Notes: generated from the sequence alone by a model not told the origin. Positions 44,228 through 59,120 are shown, numbered from the stretch's first letter. The stretch: DNA of 64,000 nucleotides from Eledone cirrhosa (GCA_964016885.1 OZ024746.1:8866001-8930000); one strand, 5' to 3'. Translations and numbers: made by a program.

Positions 44228-44366
44228 TATATATATATATATATATATATAGTGGTAGAACACTGGAAGGTAATATCCGTAGTGGTAGAGCACTCAGTCC
44301 ATGGCACCAGTTAGGTAGAAGTGGTTACACAACAGTTAGTTCACCATACCGAGAACAATTGTTTCA

Positions 44367-44406
44367 CCGAACTGAGGATCGGCTAAGGTGAAACAATTGT
44401 TCTCGG
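44367..44406 (+). ncRNA. Hammerhead motif (HH3) at the centre of fold-back 44322-44435
   Basis: ccgaa-CTGAGGA-tcggctaaggt-GAAACAATTGTT/ctcgg. Palindromic stem III; weak stem II. Confidence 0.55.
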
Positions 44407-44433
44407 TATGGTGAACTAACTGTTGTGTAACCA

Positions 44434-44517
<84 letters not shown>

Positions 44518-44570
44518 TATATATAAATGAAAAGAATAGAAATTATTGTGAGCAAGAAGCCAACAGTATT

Positions 44571-44625
<55 letters not shown>

Positions 44626-44678
44626 TATATATAAATGAAAAGTATAGAAATTATTGTGAGCAAGAAGCCAACAGTATT

Positions 44679-44740
<62 letters not shown>

Positions 44741-45384
44741 CGCACGAAAATCGAGTCGCAAAAAACGAAATTCAATTTAAATGTATAATGTACTCTGCAG
44801 CAGTCACTGAGTACTCTCTCCCACCTTCGTTGATAAACTGAAATATTTGAATTTTTACATATGAGTTGATGTGTTCGTGTATATGTGGATGCGTGCGTAT
44901 GTTGTGTGTATTTATACATGTAATGTCCATGATTCGTATGTATAATTATACATGCAGGGACAGATTGCTGAATTGGATCACTTCCATGTACCATTGTAGC
45001 CTACTGAGGCTGAAACTGTAGAGGCGTACTTTGTAACACTACAACAAAACATATGTTTTGTAGCACACAAGTTTAGATAATTTCATTCCCTCTCTAAGAC
45101 AACTCTGTAGGAATGAAACTAATTTTGTTTGCTTTTGTGATTACCTTGTTCACGTGGAACTTCCAGAGTATAGAGAATGTGACACATTCGTACTTTCAAG
45201 CAAGTTTCAAACGATAGTTGGGCAATTGGTACATTACATCGTTACACCTCCATAATTAGCTTCTTTTATATTTGTTAGAGCAAACATCGACAGAGAGAAA
45301 CAGGCAAACCGACAAATAGACATATAGACAGACATACAGCAGATAGATAGATAAACATAGATAGATAGACAAACATACAGCAGA

Positions 45385-46005
45385 TACATAGATATGTTTC
45401 TTTATTAGCCACAGGGGCACCAAAGAAGGGGACAAATACAAAGGGGGAAGTTTACATACAATAAAAACGTGTAAAATGTTATCACAAATGCAATTTAAAA
45501 AGTTAGTCGATTTTCCCCAATAGAGGGAGACAGTTTATATGGGTAACGCATACACCCGAAAAAATGTGCAACCCTCATCTCCAGGAGTACGAAGAGTTTG
45601 TACTCCTTTCCTCTCCTCCTCCTTTTCCTCAACCTACAGGCTGATATAGAGAGAAGGCCCATTCACTCGGGCCATTCTCGCCACTTTCACCCACCTTTCA
45701 TAAAACTTGCTGGGGTACAGCACCTCTCTCTCCATCCTGATTCTTCTTCCAAAGTGGTATTTGAAAAAAAGAATCAGTTGTTGCCGGAGAGAAAGGTGTC
45801 TGACCTCAGCCCTTTCAACCTTGTCCACCATACAACCTCTTTTGCAATAGCTATCACACAAAGGAAAACCGCCTCTCCTTCGTTTTTGAAGGAGGGTGGC
45901 GGTTTGATCATGACAATGGACTCGGTGGTCAACCGGTTTGGTTCCACCCGTGACAATAGTCGTTCTACATAGCCCCACAGGTCGGTAACGCCCGGGCAGT
46001 GTATG
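45385..46005 (-). mobile_element. Tx1/L1-clade LINE ORF2 C-terminus + 3'UTR, 5'-truncated and frameshifted
   Basis: LWGYVERLLSRV...VFLCVIAIAKEVVWWTRLK...FFKYHFGRRIRMEREVL...FYERWVK. AATAAA precedes a (TATC)-like repeat. Second UTR copy at ~47840-48092. Confidence 0.7.
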
Positions 46006-46411
46006 AATAATCCAAATGAGAAAGAATGGGCTGTTATTTCTAGCAGGTCAAGTGAAAGAGAAATGCTCCCGCAATATCATTTCTAGCATGTTGGGGAATG
46101 GATATATGGCAAACAGTCAAGTGTCCTTTTAGTGGATGGAGACTAACTTATTAATTTGATGGTAGTGATTTGTCCGATATATAAGCGGTATACTTATGTG
46201 GGTCGCATTGGGGCTTTGGAGACAGCTATGAAATGATAAGGACCAAAGTGGAAAAATTATTGTGATGTATTTCATCGATGAAATACATGAGAGGTCACCA
46301 AGAAAGGGCGATAGATACACAAAACCAACGCATTAAAATGATACAAAGACATATCACAAAATATATTAAAACTATTAAAGAAAATTGTTATCACACGAAT
46401 ACACACACACA

Positions 46412-46503
<92 letters not shown>

Positions 46504-46636
46504 CATATATAAGTTTAATCCCGGGTTCAATCGGGGGTAACCACAATAAGTAAGGTACTCAATACAAAGCAGAGTATACATATTTAATATATAAATGGCT
46601 TCTACAGGACTCGAACTGATGATTTCTCCCGAATGA

Positions 46637-46674
<38 letters not shown>

Positions 46675-46728
46675 GATTCAGCGAGAATCGCATATATATA
46701 TATATACCTATATATATATATATATATA

Positions 46729-46765
<37 letters not shown>

Positions 46766-46777
46766 ATAATAAAAATA

Positions 46778-46962
46778 ATAATTGTTTCTACTTTAGGCAC
46801 AAGGCCAGCAATTACCCAGTGCATTACTGGTACTTTATTTTAACGACCCCGTAAGGATGAAAGGCAAAGTCAACCTCGGCGGGATTTGAACTCAGATCGT
46901 AAAGGGACGTAACTATGCTGGAAAGTATGGCGTCCGACCCTCTACCGATACTTCCAATCCAC
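46778..46962 (-). mobile_element. SINE family A
   Basis: Full reverse-complement copy within a (TAA)n tract. Confidence 0.85.
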
Positions 46963-47384
46963 CTAATAATAATAATAATATATCTTGGAAATAATGTATA
47001 TGCGTTTGTCTATTTGATTGATGTGTGTGTTTCTTCACCTTGGTATTTCGAAAATGAAAGAAAATAAAGACGTATGCATTGCTGAAGCCAGTCATTCTGA
47101 CTTAGCACACATTCCAGAAAGTACATGTGTACCGACACACAGCACTTTCCACAGCAATAAACCGAGTCAAGAAGGAAGAAATCACGTTAAGACAACACCA
47201 TTTGTGGATTCAAGTAATTGATGAGAGGAAAATAATCAAACATAAAATGTACAGAAATAAAAACCAATAAACAATATATGGTTTTAACTTAAACCCCTGA
47301 AATAGTTATTTACATACCTCGTAGTGAACCGTCAACACACAGGTACACATATATGTTAGTATGTGTGTATATCTCACTCGCCCT

Positions 47385-47424
<40 letters not shown>

Positions 47425-47489
47425 TAAGATACAAAGAATATATACATATATATATATATATAAGAAATCGAGTGAGAGATAACAGAGAC

Positions 47490-47564
<75 letters not shown>

Positions 47565-48747
47565 GAGAGAGAAAACCTACAGAGACGGTGACAGCAAACA
47601 ATGAAATAGAATGAAGGAGAACACAAACGATATAATCATGGATCCTCATCATCGGTTGTTTATCATACATCTTTTATCCCTTCCAGAACTTTAGACAACA
47701 CCAGTCTATCTGTGACTGCCAACATTGTTATAAACTAGTTATAAACACTGGTTGGGGAATATCGAAATTGATATGAAAACGATATAAGATATAGATTATA
47801 CCTGAACAAATATCAAAAATGCGGTATGTACTAGAATACAGATATATTTCTTTATTTGCCACAAGGGCGTACAAGAAAAGGGGACAATACAAGAACATAT
47901 GCCGGGGATTTTACATACAATCGTGTAAAAAAAAATTTTAACAAACAAATTCAACAATCGAGACCCCCAATAGTGGGGAGGCGTTACAAATGGGTTGTTT
48001 TATACCCCGTAGATAGAACAACCCTCAACTCCAGGAGCACGTTGTGCAAGTGCTCCTTTCTTCCTTTTGCTCTCTTCTTCAACCTACAGGTTTACTAGAA
48101 ATAGATGGAAAGGAATAAACATCTTAATGTATGAGGTTTAATAAGAAACCAAATTGAAGCATACTCTTATTTTTTATATCGCATTTGGTCAGTTTTAACC
48201 TTAACGGTTCTAATCACAGCGATAGTGCCAAAGAAGCTCTTAATTCTAAGTAGAATTCGCCCACAAGGCACCCATTTTTCAGCTTTTCTCAAGGTATAAA
48301 CCAAATATATACACGCGCAAACAAATACACACATCCCTCACACAAACGTACGCCTCTCTCACATACATATACATATATATATATATATATACATATTTAT
48401 ACATACATACATGCATGATGGCTGTAACTCGATTTCGAGTAATGTCATTCCCTGATACTTAAGCATAAGACGGACGTGGCCTTTTAGTCCTGCTAGGGAC
48501 TTGCCTATGGCCAGCAATACCATACATCGTAGAAAATGTCACATATCAAGCGATCCCTGTGATTGAAGCTTTTTTAAGTGAGGAAAGACTTTGCACGGGG
48601 CCAGTCCCACTCTTGAACATCGAATACATTTGCCCAAAATATAGCCTTGAATGGAAACGAAGTGGCAGGTTTTATATCAGAAGGACCTTCTCCTAGAGAA
48701 ATGTCGTTATGAAGACTAGGAGACTCTCGCTCAAAACAAAAATAAAA

Positions 48748-48970
48748 ATGATTTCTAGTATAGGCACAAGGTCAGTCATTTTGGGGGTGGGGTGGTGTGG
48801 GGGGGAAGTCGATTAAATCGATCCCAGTACATTACTGGTGCTTTATTTTATCGACCCCGTAAGGATGAAAGGCAAAGTTAACCCCCGTGGGATTTGAACT
48901 CAGACCACAAAGGGGAGTAACTCTATGCTCCAAAGGATGGCGTCCGACCTTCTACCGATACTGCCAATCT
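48748..48970 (-). mobile_element. SINE family A (long-tail variant)
   Basis: Consensus motifs present. Further copy at 49335-49490 (minus). Confidence 0.8.
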
Positions 48971-49945
48971 CCTGTCCAAAACAAAAATAAAAATAAAAAT
49001 AAAACACATTATTGGATGGCCGTTGACTCTCACGAGTTCCTCCAACCTATGATGGGTTTTGTTTTTCATCCCGCAGGGTCTCCCCACCAAACAAGCTTGG
49101 TGGCGAAGGTGATTTTGAATGGCCATATAGAGAAATGTACCGGGAGAAATTTCTCGCACCCCAGAATAGTTGTAAATTACCAATTTGAGAATGATATTTC
49201 CGAACAGTAACGAAGAAATAAGGAAAATTCCCCATTAACAAATATGGACCCTACTTAATTGTTTAAGAATAACATTCCGCTAAATCCTGTACGAAGTCTT
49301 GTAACGAATGTTAGGATTCTTACTATTTAAAACATAATTGTTTCTACTTTTGACACAAAGCCAGCATTTATTCCAGTGTATTACTGGTACTTTATTTCAT
49401 CGACCCCGTAAGGATAAAAGGCAAAATAAACCTCGGCGGAATTTGACCTTAGATCATAAAGGACCGTAACTCTTTGTTGCAAAGCATGGCTACTTCCAAA
49501 CGTTCGTGGTCTTCCATATCGTTCTATCAGAGCATTCTTCCACAAAGACAGATATTAAATGACACTTATTTACAGAAATAGCTCTTAATAGCAACATGCT
49601 GAAAACCTATTAAAGCTATTACTGTTGATAATAAACAGTAATTAATATAATTAATATGATAATTGTATTACCATATACTGTAAATAAAATTTAACATTTA
49701 ATATTGCTATAAACTGAGGACCGAAGAGTATAATTTGTTGTTTATTACAGTTATAAACTGCATAATGGATATATAGCTTGTTGTGTGAATTTTCCTCTTT
49801 ATTTTTCTCTCTCAACCCTTCACTTCCTCCATCTCTCTGTAAATATATATATATACAGATCAGCATAGTTATTATGTATATATATAAACGGGGTTAGTAG
49901 TGGTAATTTATAAATACGTATACATATATATATATTGTGATTGTA

Positions 49946-50024
<79 letters not shown>

Positions 50025-50071
50025 TAAAATATAAGTATTAATAAAATAGATGTTTTTTGATCAATTACATT

Positions 50072-50118
50072 TTATTATACATATTTCGGATGTACAAGAG
50101 TACGTCCTCATCAGACGT
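50072..50118 (-). ncRNA. Hammerhead ribozyme core (HH4-like)
   Basis: Minus: CTGATGA-ggacgtac-tctt-gtacatcc-GAAATATGTATA/ataaaa. Stem II 7/8 paired. Confidence 0.65.
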
Positions 50119-50467
50119 AAGGTGGAAACGCAAAGTTAACCTCGGCGGGATTGCAGAAATATATAATATGAACTCATTCCAATATTCGTGTCAATAGTCA
50201 ACAAAAACAACAGAAATCGGAACCGGAAGTTTGTCATGCCGTTTATCCTTTGCCCCCCCCCCCAGTTCATCCCCGACGACTCGAGCTGGGTGGGAGAGGA
50301 TCCTGTAGCATCTAAGCCATGCTTTAGAATGAAATGTTGACTATGTAGTATTGAGAGGGATATGAGGGGTAACGAAATTGATGAGTCTCCCAAGCTAGAT
50401 AAAGCCATGTTGACTCTAAACCTAAGGTTTATATATATTTGGCTTATTTACTTTCTGTTTAGGGGTT

Positions 50468-50590
50468 AGTGAAGGTGTGTGGCTGAGTGGTTAGGGAATT
50501 GGATTCACAATCTTGAGGTGGTGAGTTCGCTTCCTGGACCGGACAATGCGTTATGTCCTTAAGCAAAAGACTTTATTTCACGTTGCTCCT
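50468..50590 (+). mobile_element. CORE-type SINE, family B
   Basis: TGGCTGAGTGG, GAGTTCGCTTC, TGTCCTTAAGCAAAAGACTT. Confidence 0.7.
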
Positions 50591-51819
50591 TCTACCTGGA
50601 GTTACAACCGATAGATAAGTTGACGAAAGTCGATCGATCATTTAAGGGGTTAACATTTTTGTTATCACACACACGCTACATTTCCATGTTCGATAGTCAT
50701 AATTCGGGCAGTGTTATTCAGGGATATACAAGATTTAAAGGTCCTCATAACAAGTGGGAACATATTTTTAAGCGAAGGTGAATGTTTTCTTAAACTTTGT
50801 CACTGAGAGGTATACACATATTTAACATTATAACTTGAAGATAATACATAAAGTTGAAAGTTATACATAACCTAAACTTCTAACATCAATTGTATATATG
50901 TTATTTAAATTATGGTTTATAAAATTGATTAAGAAATAAAGATTTCTAGTTCAATACGTACCCAGCCGCAGGCAATAAATCTAATGAAGATCGGAGAGAA
51001 AACTGATTGAACCCCAATGTATTAAATACAGATTTTATCTCCAAAGCAAAGGATATATTATATACCTTTTAGCACCAACATATTTTAGACATTTAGGTAA
51101 TGTTTATATTTTAGAATTAGATGCAGCAAATCACCCCTCTTACATCTTTGAAATGCCAGATCTCCTGGCGAGGAGAAATCCCCACTGCTGCAAATGTCAA
51201 ACAAATTTTAACCGTTAGATGTTTTGTAACCTATGGCATATACTAGAGTAACTTTATATTTGGTATCTCCTGTGTATTCTAACGCACTTGCTTGAAAAAT
51301 TAAAATAATATTCATTATCGTCATCATGTACCTTGCACTTCACGTCCACTGAGATAGAGTGCAAGTCGTTGTTTTGGCTGATAAAAATACTGTGGGCGCA
51401 TCCTCCCTACGTCTTTTCCAATGCAATGCACTCGAATCTATAAGATCAAGAGGGATAGAATATTTACACCTGACTGGTGATTTATTTTATCTATCAAGGT
51501 AAAGGAAACACATTTTCCATGTACAATAAACTGAACAGGTTAAAGGTATATATATATATGTATAAGTTTATCCCGGGTTGAATCAGGGGTAACCACAGTA
51601 AGTAAGGTACTCAATACATAGCAGAGTATAAATATTTAATGTAGAAAGTCTTCTACAGGAATAGAACTGTTTCATTCCGTAGAAATCATGAGAAAGTCAG
51701 GGAATACAAATGGAATAAAACAAGTTTCACGTAAATCGGAGCATGGATTCCCGAGATAGGGGGTTTTCCGGGTACCTTCATAAATAGCGAACAGCTCCTT
51801 GATAGCCAATAATCCTCTC

Positions 51820-52130
51820 TTTCTATATATTATAACCCCCTATATATATATATTATAACCCTATGTCTTCCTATATATTATAACCCCCTATATATATATA
51901 TTATAACCCTATGTCTTTCTATATATTATAACCCCCTATATATATATATTATAACCCTATGTCTTCCTATATATTATAACCCCCTATATATATATATTAT
52001 AACCCTATGTCTTCCTATATATTATAACCCCCTATATATATATATTATAACCCTATGTCTTCCTATATATTATAACCCCCTATATATATATATTATAACC
52101 CTCTGTCTTTCTATATATTATAACCCTCTC
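51820..52130. repeat. 48-bp minisatellite x~6 containing TAACCC motifs
   Basis: Unit CTATATATTATAACCCCCTATATATATATATTATAACCCTATGTCTTC. Confidence 0.9.
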
Positions 52131-52322
52131 TATATATACAGTACTAGACCACTCGTGACCAAAAGGGGGACGGGTGGTCCAGTAATCCTCTATTTCCTTC
52201 TACTGTCAATTGTGGCAATCAATATTGAACCACCATCGAGTTTGACTAAAAGCTATACAATTTTAGCAGTCGTCTCTCAATATAACTTATAGATAAATGT
52301 TTCCTTATTACTTTCTATTTAA

Positions 52323-52529
52323 CCCTTTAGCATTTACATTACTCTATATTTACTGATTTTCTTCGCAGTAAACATAATATCTCACATAATATCAAATCTA
52401 TGAGATTTTGATATTATTTATTTTGAGAACAATACCTTAATGTCGGTATGAGGGACCAGTTGGGGTCAGTTTGAGCAGAAACCTGTGAAAGAATTCTGGC
52501 CGGCTATAGTCGGTTTAAATGCTAAAGAG
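52323..52529. mobile_element. piggyBac-type MITE
   Basis: TTAA|CCCTTTAGCATTTA ... TAAATGCTAAAGAG|TTAC. Confidence 0.7.
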
Positions 52530-53296
52530 TTACACTCTAGGTCAGCTTTAAACAAGCAATCCGGCTATGATCATCCCCAATAATTTTTAGAAAATATATC
52601 ATGGGCTATATTATATTATCTCATGTGTCCTTTCTGAATATTGTAAGAGATTGTTTGAGGGAAATTCGATAGCTATTTCTCCTAGCATCTATTAATCACA
52701 CACACTGACACACACACACGCACATACAAAGATATACACACACTCACACACACACACGCACATACACAGACACACACACACACTCACACACACACATACA
52801 CACATACACAGACACACTTACACATACACATACACAGGCATACTGACACACACACTCACATACACAGACACACACACACTCACACACACACATACACACA
52901 TACACAGACACACTTACACATACACAGGCATACTGACACACACACTCACATACACAGACACACAAACACACACACACATATACACACATTCACACACTCT
53001 CTCTTTTACAAAGTCTCTCTCTCCGTGCTTTTTTTCTTTATCACTATCTATCTCTATTTTTTTTTCATTCTTTCAACAATCTTTTTTTTCAATCAGTTAC
53101 TCATGAATTCTCTTTTATCTTCTAGACTGACTATTTGTCTCGTCTTTTTTTAAAGATTGTTATCAATAGCAAAGCCATCTTTGATATGATTTCCAATTGA
53201 ATCTTCATCGAGATTCTGTGTCGCATTTCTCCAAAAATTACACCCAGATCCAAACAAATGTGGTTATTGTTTCTCTTCCTCACCAAAAATATATTC

Positions 53297-53907
53297 GACT
53301 GAACTATAGAGTAAGTGTACTGTTGTAATCTGTACTGAACTATAGAGTAAGTGTACTGTTGCAATCTGTACTGAACTATAGAGTAAGTGTACTGTTGCAA
53401 TCTGTACTGAACTATAGAGTAAGTGTACTGTACAATCTGTACTGAACTATAGAGTAAGTGTACTGTTGCAATCTGTACTGAACTATAGAGTAAGTGTACT
53501 GTTGAAATCTGTACTGAACTATAGAGTAAGTGTACTGTTGTAATATGTACTGAACTATAGAGTAAGTGTACTGTTGCAATCTGTACTGAACTATAGAGTA
53601 AGTGTACTGTTGCAATCTGTACTGAACTATAGAGTAAGTGTACTGTTGTAATATGTACTGAACTATAGAGTAAGTGTACTGTTGTAATATGTACTGAACG
53701 ATAGAGTAAGTGTACTGTTGTAATATGTACTGAACTATAGAGTAAGTGTACTGTTGTAATATGTACTGAACTATAGAGTAAGTGTACAGTTGTATTCTGT
53801 ACTGAACTATAGAGTAAGTGTACAGTTGTATTCTGTACTGAACTATAGAGTAAGTGTACTGTTGTAATATGTACTGAACTATAGAGTAAGTGTACTGTTG
53901 CAATCTG
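53297..53907. repeat. 36-bp minisatellite x~17
   Basis: Unit TGTACTGAACTATAGAGTAAGTGTACTGTTG(C/T)AAT(C/A). Confidence 0.97.
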
Positions 53908-53999
53908 TCGGTTTCTTTAATTAAGAAAGAATTAATCATCCCTTGTGTCTCTGTTATAACCCTAAAGCCCATACCGTTATAATCTTAAACCCTAGAGCA

Positions 54000-54136
54000 A
54001 ATATTTATTAAAATAACAGATTAAAGTTTAAGCAAATAATCGCTGCTTTCACCCTTAACGGGATCTTCTGAAGATCCCGTTAAGGATGAAAGCAGTGATT
54101 CTTTGCTTAAACTTTAATCTGTTATTTTAATAAATA

Positions 54137-54137
<1 letters not shown>
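54000..54137. mobile_element. Fold-back HHR element (HH8); core at 54068-54113
   Basis: Palindrome centred on GATCTTCTGAAGATC. Core CTGAAGA-tcccgttaaggat-GAAAGCA-loop-TGCTT/aaact. Paralog at ~38955-39038. Confidence 0.65.
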
Positions 54138-54200
<63 letters not shown>

Positions 54201-55284
54201 AAGAAAGAAAGAGAGAACGTGTGAACGAGATATGAAAGAAGTATAGAACCCCATTACTGGGCTACTACTTTATTTCAACAACCTCGCAAGAATAAAAGCA
54301 ATATGGGTGATGTTTGGAAACAGAACGCAGAAGGCCGAAATGAAAACAAAAAAATAGTTTTACCGAACGTCCTAACAACTTTGCCAATTCATCGCCATCA
54401 CGAGTAACGCACTTAATGGTTAAAAAAAAAAAAATATATATATATATATTCTCCTCGTCCCCATCCTTCTTCTCTCCCCCCACTCCTCTTTATCTTCCTC
54501 GGCCTTATTATTTCCATGCCCCTCGTCGTTCCTTCGTCTTCCCATCCTTGTTTTTCATGTTTATAATTTGAATAGTGTATTTATATCAGAGTTCATAGAT
54601 GAGTTCGAAAAGTTCATTTTCCACGAGAAGCACAGAATCAATATATTGTTGTTGTTACTGCGGTTGTTGTTTAGACCCATGTTAGTCCTGATTAAACCGT
54701 AATGTGATTCTTAGATGCACAACAACAACAACAACATCAAATAGAACAAAACAACATCAACGACGAGCCTTAAATTTCTTGCTTTAAGCTTATTTTTTAT
54801 CTCACAATACTGATATAGAATATAGCAGATTAGTCACATTATTGTTGAAACAATAATGGAAACGATAAAAAGTAACAACTAAACGAAACAAAACAAAAAA
54901 CATGTTTTAATGTCTTGTATCTTGGGAAAACTGAAATTCTGTTCTTACGATATCCAGAAAACAAAGAGAAACAAGCAAAGAAAAAAAAATCCATTCTTTG
55001 AATAATAGTTGCGAAACTAGTGTTTTCCCTGTGGAACAATCGCTGATATGAATAGAGTACCCGTTACAGACGGCTTAATACAGTTTTACTATGAGACAGA
55101 TTAGAAAATACTAGACAGAAACTGGGTCAATAGTTCAATATAATTAGAATGGAGCGTTTGAGATGAGTCTATGTAACTCTTGGTAGATTTTATTTGCAAT
55201 TACTTGGCGATTCTTTCTGTGATAATAATTTGATTTCGTTGACCATCTCATTTACTCTCTCTCTCTCCCTCTCTCTCTCTCGCT

Positions 55285-55315
<31 letters not shown>

Positions 55316-55669
55316 TCACTAGTCTCTCTCTTTCTCTCTGTATGTGTATATATCTATATGCACAAACACACACACATACACATACATACACACACACACA
55401 AACACACAGACATATATATATATATATAACTGCTTACATACACGCATAAACACACACACGCAGACTCACACACACACACACACACACACATAAACACATA
55501 CACATAAACACACACATACATACATGAACACATACACACAAATATATGAGTGTGTTATTTTAATTTATACACATATATAATAAATATATATATATATAGA
55601 CAGTAGTAAATATGTAAAATTATGAAACACTTCTGTCTCAGTAATTATTCTGGCTACAAGTGCGTGTGA

Positions 55670-56423
55670 ATGTACCCGTGTCTGCACATATGTACCCGTG
55701 TCTGGACATATGTACCCGTGTCTGGACATATGTACCCGTGATGGATATATGTACCCGTGTCTGGACATATGTACCCGTGTCTGGACATATGTACCCGTGT
55801 CTGGATATATGTACCCGTGTCTGGACATATGTACCCGTGTCTGGATATATGTACCCGTGTCTGGACATATGTACCCGTGTCTGGACATATGTACCCGTCG
55901 CTGGACATATGTACCCGTGTCTGGACATATGTACCCGTGTCTGGACATATGTACCCGTGATGGATATATGTACCCGTGTCTGGACATATGTACCCGTGTC
56001 TGGACATATGTACCCGTGTCTGGATATATGTACCCGTGTCTGGACATATGTACCCGTGTCTGGACATATGTACCCGTGTCTGCACATATGTACCCGTGTC
56101 TGGACATATGTACCCGTGTCTGGACATATGTACCCGTGTCTGGATATATGTACCCGTGTCTGGACATATGTACCCGTGTCTGGACATATGTACCCGTGTC
56201 TGGATATATGTACCCGTGTCTGGATATATGTACCCGTGTCTGGACATATGTACCCGTGTCTGGATATATGTACCCGTGTCTGGACATATGTACCCGTGTC
56301 TGGACATATGTACCCGTGTCTGGATATATGTACCCGTGTCTGGACATATGTACCCGTGTCTGGACATATGTACCCGTGTCTGGACATATGTACCCGTGTC
56401 TGGACATATGTACCCGTGTCTGC
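55670..56423. repeat. 20-bp minisatellite x~37
   Basis: Unit TGTACCCGTGTCTGGA(C/T)ATA; highly homogeneous. Confidence 0.98.
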
Positions 56424-57519
56424 CAGTATGAAAACATGAATGTGTATCTGTGCCCGCATGTGTGTACTTGTATGTGGGTATGTGTGTGAGTGTATGTGTG
56501 TGAGTGTGTATGTGTGTGTGTATGTGCGTATGTATGTGTCTGGGTATATCTCTGTTTGTATGTGTGTGTGTATTTGAGTGTGTGTGTATATGTGTGTGTT
56601 GTATTGTATGTGAGTGTGTATAAGTGTGTATGTTGCATGAGCACGTGTATGGTTGTCTATGTTAGTGCGTATGGATGTGGGTATAGCTGTGTGTGTATGT
56701 GGGTATGTGTGTGTCTATGTGTGTGTGTGTATGGGTGTGTATGGATTTTAATGTATGTACGTGTGTTAGTATATATGTGTTGTGTAGCGTGAGTGTGTGT
56801 GTATGTGTGTTAGTGTATGTGTGCATGTGTGTGTATTTGTTTGTGTTGTCAACCTATTAAGATTCTGAAAAATCTAATTGAAGCGCATATTAAATTATAA
56901 ATTAATTTCGGAAGATAAAGGATACTTTTCATGTGTAAAAAAAAAGAAAATCAAAGGGAATATTTATTTTAGCATACGAAAACTAATTGGTATTCAATTA
57001 ATTTGTATTGTACTGATTAGTTCTTGTGCGTATTTAAATAAAAAAAACAACATACTAACTAAACAACACGGAAGATATAGTCACTCACGTGATATGTAAC
57101 ACTAGGAAACTCATTGAAACTGTGAGTGATGGGGATTGTTAAAAAAATAAACAAGAAAAAAGACGCCAAAATTGTTTTATTCTATACAGTAGCAAGGTAA
57201 TCAATGGTTTCTTACAGACAAAAGAATATCCGGCTCATGTCTTCCGTTTCTATTTATACACCATTGAAGGCAGCAGATAATAAAGCGACATACCCAGAAA
57301 TTGTGTCATCAAACTCAATCTCACAACTATATCATCACTCCCCCACCACCACCACCATCTAGCCGTTGCAACTAAGACATCAGCCATTTTGTTTTTTGTT
57401 GTTGTTGTTGTTGTTGTTGTTGTTTTTTCAATACCATCAAACTAACAGCAGCAACAGTTAGAACAACATCACCCTCAGCGGTATCATGAGTGATAATAAA
57501 AAACCTCGTGATCATCATT

Positions 57520-57843
57520 GGTCACGATCATAATGATGATGATGATCATCGTCATTATCGTCTCCATCATCATCATCACTATCCTCATCATCACCATTAT
57601 CATCATTATCATTGTCATCATCATCAACAAGATAAACGTCTACCTGACTAAAATCCAACACCAGGAATAACAGTAGTAGTAGAAGCAGCAGCATCAGTAG
57701 CAGCAGTAGGATCAGCAGCAGCAGTAGCAGCAGCAGCAGTAGCAGCAGTAGCAGCAGCAGTAGTAGCAGCAGCAGTAGCAGCTGTATTAGCTGCAGCAAT
57801 AACAGTAGCAGTAGAAATAGCAGCAGCAGCAGCAGCAGTAGTT

Positions 57844-57883
<40 letters not shown>

Positions 57884-57924
57884 TAGTAATAGTAGTGGTA
57901 GTAGTAGTAGTAGTTATAGTAGTG

Positions 57925-57981
<57 letters not shown>

Positions 57982-58057
57982 GTAGTAGTATTAGTAGTAG
58001 TAGTAGCAGTAGTAGTAGTAGTAGTAGTAGTAGTAGTTGTAGTAGTAGTAGTAGCAA

Positions 58058-58088
<31 letters not shown>

Positions 58089-58109
58089 TGTAGTAGTAGT
58101 AGTAGTAGC

Positions 58110-58156
<47 letters not shown>

Positions 58157-58199
58157 TAACAGTAGTAGCAGTAGTAGTAGTAGTAGTAGTAGTAGTAGC

Positions 58200-58245
<46 letters not shown>

Positions 58246-58287
58246 GTAGTAGCAGTAGTAGTAGTAGTAGTAGTAGTGGTAGTAGTG

Positions 58288-58318
<31 letters not shown>

Positions 58319-58376
58319 CAGTAGTAGTAGTAGTAGTAGTGGTAGTAGTAGTAGCAGTAGCAGTAGTAGTAGTTGC

Positions 58377-58421
<45 letters not shown>

Positions 58422-58542
58422 TGTAGTAGTAGTAGTAGCAGTAGTAGTAGTAGTAGTAGTAGTAGTAGTTGTAGTAGTTGTAGTAGTAGTAGTAGCAGTA
58501 GTAGTAGTTGTAGTAGTAGTAGTAGTAGTAGCAGTAGTAGCA

Positions 58543-58575
<33 letters not shown>

Positions 58576-58643
58576 ACAGTAGTAGCAGTAGTAGTAGTAG
58601 TATTAGTTGTAGTAGTTGTAGTAGTAGTAGTAACAGTAGTAGC

Positions 58644-58689
<46 letters not shown>

Positions 58690-58701
58690 ACAGTAGTAGC
58701 A

Positions 58702-58733
<32 letters not shown>

Positions 58734-58769
58734 TGTAGTAGTAGTAGTAGTAGTAGTAACAGTAGTAGC

Positions 58770-58814
<45 letters not shown>

Positions 58815-58935
58815 TGTAGTAGTAGTAGTTGTTGTAGTAGTAACAGTAGTAGCAGTTGTAGTTAGTAGATGTAGTAGTAGCAGTAGTAGCATCAGTAGCA
58901 GCAGTAGTAGCAGCAGTAGTACCAGTAGTAGCAGA
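57520..58935. repeat. (ATC)n, (AGC)n and ~1.1 kb (AGT)n trinucleotide arrays
   Basis: Directly visible. Source of the poly-T/poly-V ORFs. Confidence 0.97.
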
Positions 58936-58964
58936 ATGTTTTATTGTTATTATTTCTGTTTCGT

Positions 58965-59120
58965 GGCATAGAGTCACAACCCTTTAAGTTCTGAGTTAGC
59001 TATGCCTTTCATCCTTACGGGGTCAATCAATAAAATAAGGTACCAGTAATGCGATAGGGTTGGTTTAATCGACTTTCTGTTCCCCCAAATTGTTGGCCTT
59101 GAGCCTAGAGTATTAACCAT
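58965..59120 (+). mobile_element. SINE family A, partial
   Basis: GCCTTTCATCCTTACGGGGTC...GTACCAGTAATG...GGCCTTG. Confidence 0.7.

Noticed and set aside
53297-53907. 36-bp repeat array as CRISPR
   Set aside because: Head-to-tail units without unique spacers, no cas genes, eukaryotic context.
55565-56644. Long ORFs with Cys/His repeats
   Set aside because: Several frames on both strands are open only because the 20-bp unit lacks stop codons.
57648-58971. Mucin-like poly-Thr / poly-Val ORFs
   Set aside because: Nearly pure (AGT)n triplet expansion with no Pro/Ser diversity or flanking domains.
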